Part shown: one piece after another, positions 8,162 through 15,967 of the stretch | Numbering within the stretch: position 1 is the first letter of the stretch | Layout of the letters: every line of letters starts with the position of its first letter | IMG/VR virus record: IMGVR_UViG_3300037067_014608 | DNA length: 64,000 nucleotides | Direction: 5' to 3' (one strand) | Origin: a virus | Taxonomy: Duplodnaviria > Caudoviricetes | The notes under the pieces: model-generated | What the model was told of the DNA's origin: nothing | Databases searched by the model: none | Seen by the model: only the letters and a program-made list of their open reading frames with translations | Made by a program: the position numbers and the translations under genes

Positions 8162-8171
8162 TTTTTATTCC

Positions 8172-8486
8172 TCACCTATACTTGAAATATGTTGTTAACG
8201 CTGCTGAGGGTTGTTTTATCGGTTGAGTTGTCGGCTGTTTAATAAATGTTTTTCTTACCGGGTTTAGTGTAAACTTATACTTACATAATTTACACATACA
8301 TCTTTGAGCTGCATCACTTTTATCAATCCCCCTTTCCCTATACCCTTTCCGGATAATCTGATCGCTTCCGCAACGTGGGCATGTCCCCTCGCTTTTTACT
8401 ATAGGATATTCATATGCATTATTTGTGAATGTATTACTACCTAACCGGGTTACTTTGTTTTGCGGGATGCCGGGAATGTTTTTCAT
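8172..8486 (-). CDS. Zn-ribbon protein
   Basis: CPRCGS...KG...QRCMCKLC; internal IKQP repeat. Confidence 0.7.
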   Translation of the reverse strand: MKNIPGIPQNKVTRLGSNTFTNNAYEYPIVKSEGTCPRCGSDQIIRKGYRERGIDKSDAAQRCMCKLCKYKFTLNPVRKTFIKQPTTQPIKQPSAALTTYFKYR

Positions 8487-8487
8487 G

Positions 8488-8652
8488 TTACTTCTCCTTT
8501 TTCAATCTATCGAGTAAATGGACTGTATAGTGCGCAATTCCTGAGGATAACGGGAATAACATCCACCGCTCTTTATCCATATCTAATTCTTGTTTGAGAG
8601 TGTATTTTGTTGCTGTTGGCATTTCAACTTTAGGAAATTCATTTGTTTTCAT
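8488..8652 (-). CDS. 54-aa hypothetical protein (not in ORF track)
   Basis: MKTNEFPKVEMPTATKY...LKKEK*; ATGA overlap with 8649 stop; fills the gap. Confidence 0.55.
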   Translation of the reverse strand: MKTNEFPKVEMPTATKYTLKQELDMDKERWMLFPLSSGIAHYTVHLLDRLKKEK

Positions 8653-8930
8653 TTTAGGTTGAATACCTCCTTGAATGCCATTTTTGCACCACGTTTTTTA
8701 ACAAGACCTACTCCGGGTATTGTCTTTGATTCCTGTCCAAACACCTCACGGTACGCTCCTAATGTTCCTTCGTTTCTTATTTGTGGTTGCGCTGCTATCT
8801 GGGCGGAGGTTAGATCTAATTGTCTCTGTTGCGCTGCTATTTGCTCAGCTTGGACTTGCTGAGCATATAACTGTTGAAGTAGTTGCTGTTGTTCCAGTGG
8901 GTTTAACGTTGTTCCGTTACGATTTGGCAT
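8649..8930 (-). CDS. Gln-rich protein
   Basis: QQQLLQQLYAQQVQAEQIAAQQRQ; similar to C-terminus of 15968-17782. Confidence 0.7.
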   Translation of the reverse strand: MPNRNGTTLNPLEQQQLLQQLYAQQVQAEQIAAQQRQLDLTSAQIAAQPQIRNEGTLGAYREVFGQESKTIPGVGLVKKRGAKMAFKEVFNLK

Positions 8931-8953
8931 TTTGTCCACCTGATTTATTTAGA

Positions 8954-9148
8954 TTATTGCATTTTCACCCGATACAGTTCATAACTTGAGAATCCCGCTT
9001 TTCTTCCGAGAAATTTAAGTTCCGGTTTAAATCCCAATCTCGTGTATCCTTTGTCTTTAAACAGTTTTTTTGCAAGTTTTAGTGCAGATGGTTTGTCATC
9101 TGTTGTCATATGTGTTACAAACATTCTTACCATTGTGTTTACCTCCAT
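8954..9148 (-). CDS. Small basic protein (SPOR-like pattern)
   Basis: DDKPSALKLAKKLFKDKGY...YELY. Confidence 0.65.
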   Translation of the reverse strand: MEVNTMVRMFVTHMTTDDKPSALKLAKKLFKDKGYTRLGFKPELKFLGRKAGFSSYELYRVKMQ

Positions 9149-9438
9149 TATTTCTTATCCCTTGTTGCGGTCAGGCTGTAGATTATACGAGTACCTGTGT
9201 TTGTGAATGATTCCACTTTTGGTTCAGCACACACAGTAAATTTATCCTGTCTCATATCTCTTGCAAGGCGGTCTCGTTTTATTGTTAAATTGTATGGTAT
9301 GGGTTCTGAATGGAGTTTTGTAGAATAATCTACTATTACCCCTTCTTTCCGCTTATTCCATTCTGAAGTTCTTGTTATGGGTTTTGCTTCAGCCCCATCT
9401 CTTTTAATTTTTTTAATCCATTCTTTAAGGGTTGACAT
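9148..9438 (-). CDS. Basic hypothetical protein
   Basis: Coupled gene. Confidence 0.7.
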   Translation of the reverse strand: MSTLKEWIKKIKRDGAEAKPITRTSEWNKRKEGVIVDYSTKLHSEPIPYNLTIKRDRLARDMRQDKFTVCAEPKVESFTNTGTRIIYSLTATRDKK

Positions 9439-9459
9439 TATTTATATACCTAACTTTCT

Positions 9460-9720
9460 TTATTTATTTGCTGCATATATTGCGTATTGAACAACATTTG
9501 GATTTATACTCCCTTCGGCCATGCGATATGGGTGTATACGAACTATTTTCGTTATTGGTCTCGCACGTATCATATCTCTGATCTCTTCAGCTTTGGCTTT
9601 TGATTTTATCCTACTATATCTTAATGTAAGTGTGTCGTTTTTAACTTTAATTTCACTTGGAAGTTTTGGTTTTAGATCTGCCCACGGTTCGTGATATGTG
9701 GGGGTCTTTTTTGTTACCAT
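9460..9720 (-). CDS. SPOR-like small basic protein
   Basis: KSKAKAEEIRDMIR...VRI...QYAIY. Confidence 0.7.
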   Translation of the reverse strand: MVTKKTPTYHEPWADLKPKLPSEIKVKNDTLTLRYSRIKSKAKAEEIRDMIRARPITKIVRIHPYRMAEGSINPNVVQYAIYAANK

Positions 9721-9722
9721 TC

Positions 9723-10016
9723 CTACTTCTCCACGATTGTGATCCTTGCATCCATCCTACTTACATTATATGGGCCGTAATGGTCGTTGTTTTTCTTAAG
9801 TTGTGTTTCGAGAAATTTAAGTGCGGTTTCCCGTGACATGTCATAATGCCCACGAGCGTAAGAGGGTGTTCTGCGCCCGTCTTTAATTTGTTCGTTTACT
9901 GAATACGCCCATTTAATTTCTTTTTTTGGGTTTCTCAAGACCACATACCTAAACGGATATTCTCCATTCCCCCCTTTTGACCACCCGCTGTGTGCTACAA
10001 GTTTGAATTCGGCCAT
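9723..10016 (-). CDS. Hypothetical protein, paralog of 10796-11086
   Basis: Shared VAH[ST]GW.KGG, GHYDM...AL.FL motifs; GGTGA RBS. Confidence 0.8.
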   Translation of the reverse strand: MAEFKLVAHSGWSKGGNGEYPFRYVVLRNPKKEIKWAYSVNEQIKDGRRTPSYARGHYDMSRETALKFLETQLKKNNDHYGPYNVSRMDARITIVEK

Positions 10017-10027
10017 TTTTATTTCAC

Positions 10028-10318
10028 CTATCTATTTATAACCCCATCTACTACATACAGATACGCTTTTTTATCAATTGGGGGTGCATCCGGACTGTAG
10101 AACTTTTTTGCTACTAACCACGCGCCTTCCTTTCCCTCCAAATGTTGATCCTCTGGGAAATCATTAAGTGCGTACCCAACTTCCCTTGCCATACGGATCG
10201 CTCCGGCCTGCCCCTTATAGGTTACCCATAGATGGTTTCTGCCTTTTGTCATAAGATCGGCGATGTGTGCCATATATTGTTTCGCGGTTTTGTTAGTTAT
10301 TTTTTTAGTGACTGCCAT
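10028..10318 (-). CDS. Hypothetical protein
   Basis: Coupled gene. Confidence 0.7.
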   Translation of the reverse strand: MAVTKKITNKTAKQYMAHIADLMTKGRNHLWVTYKGQAGAIRMAREVGYALNDFPEDQHLEGKEGAWLVAKKFYSPDAPPIDKKAYLYVVDGVINR

Positions 10319-10324
10319 CCTTTA

Positions 10325-10516
10325 TTATACCCCCTTTTCGTTTATTTTGATCACTTTAACTTTATATGTGTGAAGTTCACCGGGTTTTACTTTATGAACC
10401 TCTTCAAGATCAATTTTTATGTTTTTTGTGAGGTGAAATAATTTACGTGCGTTCTTTTCACCTTCTTTTTTAGTTTTCGCAAATACTAACCCGCTTAAAT
10501 ATTCACCGACTTTCAT
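10325..10516 (-). CDS. Small basic protein
   Basis: GGAGG RBS, TAATG overlap. Confidence 0.7.
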   Translation of the reverse strand: MKVGEYLSGLVFAKTKKEGEKNARKLFHLTKNIKIDLEEVHKVKPGELHTYKVKVIKINEKGV

Positions 10517-10794
10517 TACTTCCTCCGTTTGCCTTTATACACTTCTTTTTTCGGGATTGATTGCGGTACATCGAGTGTTACCATACCCATATTTCTTGGA
10601 GTAACTTCTCCATTCTCATACAGTCCGCGCTTTACCGGGATACGGAAATCATTCGGTCTTGTTTTCCAGAACTGGATTTTTCCACTTTGTCTATAATTCA
10701 TAGGTGTCCCGTCGGCATTGTAATAACCTATGAGATAAAGTGGTTCATTACCCTTCATTTTCTTGACTTGGTCTACTGTAAGTGATTTTACCAT
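10516..10794 (-). CDS. Phage-type hypothetical protein
   Basis: R.sG+...WKTRP..F.IPVK.GLY pattern recalled from phage proteins; GGTGA RBS. Confidence 0.75.
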   Translation of the reverse strand: MVKSLTVDQVKKMKGNEPLYLIGYYNADGTPMNYRQSGKIQFWKTRPNDFRIPVKRGLYENGEVTPRNMGMVTLDVPQSIPKKEVYKGKRRK

Positions 10795-10795
10795 C

Positions 10796-11086
10796 TTATT
10801 TCACCAGCGTTATCGGCCCGGGAACGTGGCTCGGATTACCTACACCAAACTCTCTGTTGTTTTTTGCATGATATTTTTTTAAGAATTCGAGCGCGTCTTC
10901 TTTGTGCATATCATAATGCCCAAAAATGTAATATGTTTCACCACTTGATTTTTTTACTTCAGTAAACATTTCGTACTGACCAAATCTTGGGTCTTTTTTA
11001 TCGTTTTTAACAACAACAAAACGGATCGGGAGATCAATTTTTCCCCCTTTTGCCCATCCTGTATGAGCTACTATAACTTCTGCCAT
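10796..11086 (-). CDS. Hypothetical protein, paralog of 9723-10016
   Basis: Same motifs; GAGGAG RBS before MAEV. Confidence 0.8.
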   Translation of the reverse strand: MAEVIVAHTGWAKGGKIDLPIRFVVVKNDKKDPRFGQYEMFTEVKKSSGETYYIFGHYDMHKEDALEFLKKYHAKNNREFGVGNPSHVPGPITLVK

Positions 11087-11148
11087 TCTCCTCACTCCTT
11101 AAAAGATTGAAAATAAATTGTGCTTGTTAGATAGAGAGAACAGACAGA

Positions 11149-11301
11149 TTAGCGTCTGCCTTTCTCCTTATTCTTGATTCCCATAGCTTTTGACCATCCA
11201 CCAGATCCAAGTTGACCCAGCCCTTCCTTGCTCGCTGGTTCCTTGTCCATTTTGTCTCTATACGAATCAAAACTTGCTCCACCTTTTCTTTTTCCTGCCA
11301 T
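11149..11301 (-). CDS. 50-aa Gly/Lys-rich peptide (not in ORF track)
   Basis: MAGKRKGGASFDSYRDKMDK...GRR*; GGAGGT RBS. Confidence 0.65.
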   Translation of the reverse strand: MAGKRKGGASFDSYRDKMDKEPASKEGLGQLGSGGWSKAMGIKNKEKGRR

Positions 11302-11369
11302 ATTTTTTTACCTCCATTTATATACTATATTATTCTTTTCTTCCTTAAATCTCTTTGTCTAGGATTTAT

Positions 11370-11729
11370 TTATAATCTCCAATTCGGGCCACGTTCAAAT
11401 GACACCTTTGCTTCTTTTGTCTCTTTTCTTTTTTGATCTAATAGATCTTCCATTGATGCAAACAATTTCGCGTCCTTTCCTTTAGATGCCTGCTCCGCAT
11501 AATTACCGAGATTGATTTTTTTCTTTTTTGTGTCCTCATGATAATATTGACCGTACCCCATTCCCTCATCTAGATATTCTTTGGGATTAGTGACTCCCCC
11601 ATAATTGAATCCTCCTTTTTTCTGGCTCATCTTTTCCGCATAATCACCAAAGTTTACTTTTTTCGTGTCATATATTTTTTGTGCGGTTAACTTAGTTATA
11701 CCCAAAGATTCGATTTTTATTTTCTTCAT
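11370..11729 (-). CDS. Hypothetical protein with internal repeat
   Basis: DTKKVNFGDYAEK / DTKKKKINLGNYAEQ; GGTGA RBS. Confidence 0.7.
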   Translation of the reverse strand: MKKIKIESLGITKLTAQKIYDTKKVNFGDYAEKMSQKKGGFNYGGVTNPKEYLDEGMGYGQYYHEDTKKKKINLGNYAEQASKGKDAKLFASMEDLLDQKRKETKEAKVSFERGPNWRL

Positions 11730-11739
11730 TGTTTTTCAC

Positions 11740-12114
11740 CTACTTATATTCCCCAAGTCTTGGCTTTTTTGTTGCTCTTATTATACCAACAGTCTTTAAC
11801 TCTGCTTTTACAACCTTATCCACTCCACCAAGAGCATACTGTTTGCCCTTCACCCCACCGAGTGAATACTGGTTATTTTTTACAATTGCAGATTTTATAT
11901 CCACACTGCCCAATCCATCAATTCCAGAAAGGTGTTTTGTTTTTTTAATAAACTGTTTAGAGGTTTCTTTTTCCCCAATGTGATCTCCGGTGTGGTGCCT
12001 TCCACCATGCAACCCCCAACCGAGATCTTCGGGTTTAACATCATAACCCCCTTTTCCACCCATTGCTAGAACTTCTTCAGTTACACTTACTTTATCTGGC
12101 ATATTTTTAGTCAT
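11740..12114 (-). CDS. Gly/Lys-rich protein, first gene of left operon
   Basis: GGTGAGG RBS; QY.LGGV repeat. Confidence 0.7.
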   Translation of the reverse strand: MTKNMPDKVSVTEEVLAMGGKGGYDVKPEDLGWGLHGGRHHTGDHIGEKETSKQFIKKTKHLSGIDGLGSVDIKSAIVKNNQYSLGGVKGKQYALGGVDKVVKAELKTVGIIRATKKPRLGEYK

Positions 12115-12157
12115 GACTAACCTCACCTATCTGCATATACAGAGTTCGGGTTAAATA

Positions 12158-12190
12158 GTAACAATGTCGTTACCCCTATATATAACTAAC
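12158..12190 (-). promoter_or_regulatory. Putative TATA promoter of left operon with GTAAC-N6-GTTAC palindrome
   Basis: Minus-strand GTTAGTTATATATAG; palindrome 12158-12173 near predicted start site. Confidence 0.45.
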
Positions 12191-12399
12191 GGGGCTTAAC
12201 GGGTCTTTTGTGTTGTTTTAAGATACTTTATCAAAAAAGACTCTTATATTACATCCCTCACACTTACATAAGACCTGTGGTTTTTTACGTTTGTCTGTGG
12301 GGGGTGTCGCGGATTCTTTTATTATCACCATGTCTTGGTGACACCTTGGACAGTTATATCCCGATTCGTTCATCATATATATATATTAAATGGGATGGG

Positions 12400-13674
12400 T
12401 TAAGAAGATACCCCCAACTGCCTTTTAAGATCGTCGTTTTCTTTTCTCACCCTTAATATCTCTTCCATCATCGCTAACCTCTGCGTGTCTGATGCATCTG
12501 CACGAGCATCCACTTTTTCTACCATCTTTGACATGCTTTCAACCACACTTAGTAACGTCTGTTGCATAGTATGTAGTTGATTTTGTTGACCCGATACTAT
12601 AGCTGTTACAGCATTAAATTGTTGCTGGAGTGGCGTTCCACCCAAACACGCTGCATGCACATTATTACACGTTTCATCAATATGATTGACCGTGTTATTC
12701 ATATTCAGGATTGCATCCCTAATGTTTACTAATTCTTCGGAAACTTGTGGTGTGCTTTGTTCCCTCTCCGTCAGTGATTTCGCAACTTGGACTTCGATGA
12801 GTCCCGGTAGATCTTCTTCTAATCTCGCGGCAACCCTTAACCCGCGATCTACTGTATACGCAATATCCGCATCTTCGAATTCTATCTCGGAATGTTTATC
12901 GTCCCCCAAATGTTCCAGAGAGTTATCAACTTCCGCTATTCCACCCCCAAGTTGTAAGTGTGTCCGTCCCGACTTAATAATCTCCTTTGCCATCGCAGAT
13001 TTCAGAGCGTAATGCGGTGACCCTATTAGATGAAACTCACCTATATTAACATCTATATCACACCATGATTGTTCCTGCACGAACCTAGCTGCCGCTTCCC
13101 GTAACGCCATTGATAATATGAAACTTGTCTCTTCTTCGTTCTTGGCTAATATATGTTTACGATGTTTCTGGTAGACTTCTATTGAATTCGGGTGTACTAT
13201 TAATCCAATTTTACCTATCGTGGGATGGTTCATCTCAAATAACATGTGTTCCACACGGTGTGGATACCATGATTTAATATATTTCATTTGTGTATGGGCA
13301 AACCGATTTACTTTTTTATTGATTTTCTTGTTTTTCTTAACTATCGGTGCACCGAACCGTATTTTATGCGGTAATATAAGAGTAAAATCGGATTTATCTA
13401 CAAACCGCGCGTTCCTTAACCGAACGTCCATTCGATAAACAACTGCGCGGCGTTGTAATGGATCTTTATAGTCTTTTTCTATAAGTTTCAGGTTTTCTAA
13501 CTTATCGCAGAATCGGCTAACGGTCGTCTTTGATATTTTCAATCGTCGCGCGATCATGGCTTGATACATGCCCTGATCCAGACACTTAATAATAGCCTGT
13601 TGTTTTGGAGTTAATCTTGATATGAAATCTTGTTTTGAGAAAAAGTCGGTAGTGGTATGCTTTTTTTCTGACAA
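12400..13674 (-). CDS. wHTH (MarR-like N-terminus) DNA-binding protein with C-terminal coiled coil; possible replication/regulatory protein
   Basis: LT.KQ..II..L..G...A.IARRL.ISKTTVSR....LE...LI; TTG start with GGGGAGTG RBS. Confidence 0.7.
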   Translation of the reverse strand: MSEKKHTTTDFFSKQDFISRLTPKQQAIIKCLDQGMYQAMIARRLKISKTTVSRFCDKLENLKLIEKDYKDPLQRRAVVYRMDVRLRNARFVDKSDFTLILPHKIRFGAPIVKKNKKINKKVNRFAHTQMKYIKSWYPHRVEHMLFEMNHPTIGKIGLIVHPNSIEVYQKHRKHILAKNEEETSFILSMALREAAARFVQEQSWCDIDVNIGEFHLIGSPHYALKSAMAKEIIKSGRTHLQLGGGIAEVDNSLEHLGDDKHSEIEFEDADIAYTVDRGLRVAARLEEDLPGLIEVQVAKSLTEREQSTPQVSEELVNIRDAILNMNNTVNHIDETCNNVHAACLGGTPLQQQFNAVTAIVSGQQNQLHTMQQTLLSVVESMSKMVEKVDARADASDTQRLAMMEEILRVRKENDDLKRQLGVSS

Positions 13675-13830
13675 GAAATCACTCCCCGGTGATTTAATAG
13701 AGTTGTGTCGATTCAGAAAGGCAGGTTAGCACGGGTTGCAACGCACGTTCCCTGACACCGGGGCGTGTTCTTGTGTGCCGCCTTAGATCGGCATAGTAAG
13801 AGGATTACTAATTGTTATAAACCTATTCCT
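13675..13830 (-). promoter_or_regulatory. BRE/TATA promoter and ~120-nt structured leader of wHTH gene
   Basis: GAATAGGTTTATAA at ~13815-13828; hairpin 13676-13695 over the RBS; alternative 8-bp pairing 13684-13691 with 13756-13763. Confidence 0.55.
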
Positions 13831-13899
13831 GTCCGACGAGAAATTAGAATGATTATATTTGAATGTGTTGTTGTTCCATAGGAGCAGATACCTATTCAA

Positions 13900-14186
13900 C
13901 GAAAGCAGCAAGGATTCCCTATCTTTTAGGGTAGGGATGAATTGCGACTACATTTCACCAACACAATATATAAATCTTTAGAGAGAGATAGCAATTTACT
14001 CAGTTTATGAGTTATAAAATATCTGTAACGTTGGGCACCAATTAATTGGATAAAACAGCTAAAGCATATGTTACAGTAGTTGCGTACTTCTTGGTATACC
14101 TCTGAAGTACAGGGGTGTGAGTCAGCCACCCGAACGGATGTCACCAAGCACGTCCAAGCCCCATCTTTTAGGTTGGGGTAGTTGAC
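13900..14186 (+). mobile_element. Non-autonomous IS200/IS605-family element (MITE/PATE) with TnpB reRNA-like right end
   Basis: Left hairpin GATT-CCCTATCTTTTAGGGTAGGG after target TTCAA; right hairpin CAAG-CCCCATCTTTTAGGTTGGGG-TAGTTGAC; guide/cleavage tetranucleotides obey Y1 TnpA pairing rule; no transposase ORF. Confidence 0.75.
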
Positions 14187-14322
14187 AATATACAACCCAT
14201 TCACGACCACGTTTGCGCAGTCGCATCATCCAACGGCGGCAGAAGAGTGCGATCTGGTGTTCAGTCGCACCTCCACACGCCATTCTACAACACCGTATTG
14301 CTAATGCTTCTGTGAGCATCAT
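14187..14322 (-). pseudogene. Small gene whose 3' end is interrupted by the IS200/605 MITE
   Basis: MMLTEALAIRCC...EWVVY; removing 13900-14186 gives ...EWVVYFE-stop. Confidence 0.35.
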
Positions 14323-14330
14323 TTTCGGTG

Positions 14331-14591
14331 TTACTCCAACTGTTGCGTCTCTTTTTCTGTGGGTCGTGGTGTAATAGATGTACCGCATTCGGTACATTGA
14401 TACGTCCTGCACTTATGAGGTAACTTTCTGGATACCTGATGTCCCTTTTTATTCATACGATTCCCACAGTTCGGGCAGACAGGTCGTTCTTTAGGTTCCC
14501 AAATATCCGAAACCTTTGGTTCCAGATCTTCAGGAATTTGCTCGGGGGTTTCCTCGGGGGTAACCTGAGCTGGTTTCCTGCGAGCTGCCAC
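14331..14591 (-). CDS. Zn-ribbon protein with Pro/Glu-rich N-terminus
   Basis: CPNCG...KKG...YQCTECG; GAGGTGA RBS, GTG start. Confidence 0.75.
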   Translation of the reverse strand: MAARRKPAQVTPEETPEQIPEDLEPKVSDIWEPKERPVCPNCGNRMNKKGHQVSRKLPHKCRTYQCTECGTSITPRPTEKETQQLE

Positions 14592-14602
14592 CGAAGATCA
14601 CC

Positions 14603-14761
14603 TCAAATAAGAAGGATCTTCGAGATCGTTAAATACCATCCGGCTACAATACCTGCACCGAAAACAATACCAAACGCTACAGCAAGTTTGACGTTTTCGA
14701 TTGTGCCCCAATCTTTAACTTGTTGGGGGATATCTTTTGCTTTTTGTGGAACTTCTACCAT
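14603..14761 (-). CDS. 52-aa single-pass membrane protein (not in ORF track)
   Basis: ...LAVAFGIVFGAGIVAGWYLTISKILLI*; GGAG RBS. Confidence 0.65.
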   Translation of the reverse strand: MVEVPQKAKDIPQQVKDWGTIENVKLAVAFGIVFGAGIVAGWYLTISKILLI

Positions 14762-14763
14762 AT

Positions 14764-14904
14764 TTAGACTCCTTTGATTTTGCTCATTAAATATTCTTTA
14801 CATGTCATCTTATTTTCTGCTGCGGTGTTGATCCAAGTACCGATGATGATTCCCCCGATAAGGAGAGCCACTACAAAGATTAAAAGGGTTATTTGATCTG
14901 TCAT
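14764..14904 (-). CDS. 46-aa single-pass membrane protein (not in ORF track)
   Basis: MTDQITLLIFVVALLIGGIIIGTWI...; GGAG RBS. Confidence 0.65.
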   Translation of the reverse strand: MTDQITLLIFVVALLIGGIIIGTWINTAAENKMTCKEYLMSKIKGV

Positions 14905-14922
14905 GATTATCATCTCCAGTGA

Positions 14923-15075
14923 TTAAAGATGCGCTAATACAGCGTTAATCTTTTCCCACATATTTCCATACCCTTTTGCGAGTAGGTCGATCACCGTATT
15001 CCAGATGAAGGATACTATGAAAATATCCCATATGATGTGTTTTATACCTGCTACAATTGAATTTATTATACCCAT
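14923..15075 (-). CDS. 50-aa hydrophobic protein (start revised to MGIINS)
   Basis: AGGA RBS; TATA-like GAAGGCTTATAT ~60 nt upstream. Confidence 0.55.
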   Translation of the reverse strand: MGIINSIVAGIKHIIWDIFIVSFIWNTVIDLLAKGYGNMWEKINAVLAHL

Positions 15076-15660
15076 TTTAATTTCCTGAGGATGAGAGGAG
15101 GTCTCAATCCCTACCAGTATTAATAACTTGCCAGCATATAAGCCTTCCCCCCAACATCCTTGCTTGCTTGCTATAAAGTTTCGGTTGCAACGTCCGATTC
15201 TTATTTCTCGGCGTTTACGCAGTTGGAATGTTAATTGCAACTCAACTACGTCCCCCCTCACCCTGTGTATATTTATGAAACGATTGTATATGCATCTTTT
15301 ATCCAAGAATTATATTTTAGAATCTGATTTTTAGTGCCTTGCGTGTGGGGACTAACGTAAATTATCGATATTGGTTGATATGATCTGTTGAATTGCAACA
15401 CTATTTTTTCGAGTGTCCCTCCCAAAAACTCTCCAAATCCCCCTGTTTAATGTTTACACCACGCTCACACCATGTGTACTTAAGTTGCATTTTTGTTAAT
15501 ATTTCAGAAGGTTTGACCTTTTAGAAAAACGTTACTTATTTTCCGGAAATTAGCGTGACCGTATTTATTATATACCTTTTTGAAAACTGGGGGTCTGTTA
15601 TTTATGCATATACAGAATTTTTCTTGTTCAGACGTATAGTAATGTGAGATTTAATTGATT

Positions 15661-15677
15661 AAAAAAATAAAAAAAAA
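15661..15677 (-). terminator. Oligo-U terminator
   Basis: T9-A-T7 on minus strand just after stop of 15686-15961. Confidence 0.55.
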
Positions 15678-15685
15678 CAGATAAC

Positions 15686-15961
15686 TTATTTTCTTGGTTT
15701 TCTTCCACGCGGCTTTGGTACACTAGATTTTCCTTTTCTAACCCAGATCTCATAAAGCGGTGAATCTATACCCCGCCCGCTCAATTTGCCCCCTTTATCC
15801 ATAGCTTCTGTTCGTCTTACAGAATACCCCCCTCGATTAGTTAAACTATATTCTCGGTTAAATGCACTAGTATAGTCTGACCAAACTGAATCGAGTGTAA
15901 AAATAACATTGCCAAATAATAAGGTTTTTATTCCCTCTTCACCTGTATTAACTATTCCCAT
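15686..15961 (-). CDS. SPOR-like small basic protein
   Basis: YTSAF.....L...GG..VR...YEIWVRK; GGTGAG RBS. Confidence 0.7.
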   Translation of the reverse strand: MGIVNTGEEGIKTLLFGNVIFTLDSVWSDYTSAFNREYSLTNRGGYSVRRTEAMDKGGKLSGRGIDSPLYEIWVRKGKSSVPKPRGRKPRK

Positions 15962-15967
15962 ATTATC

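Noticed and set aside
13900-14186. IscB/HEARO omega-RNA on the minus strand
   Set aside because: Ends are compatible, but I could not see the HEARO core, and G-U pairs plus the GTCAGCCACC motif favour a plus-strand TnpB-type RNA; not fully excluded
13926-14210. 94-aa ORF
   Set aside because: Lies within the IS200/605 mini-element and has no TnpA/TnpB motifs
8172-14591. IS1 InsA transposase call for Zn ribbons 8172-8486 and 14331-14591
   Set aside because: Only the Zn ribbon resembles InsA; no HTH/DDE partner or terminal inverted repeats
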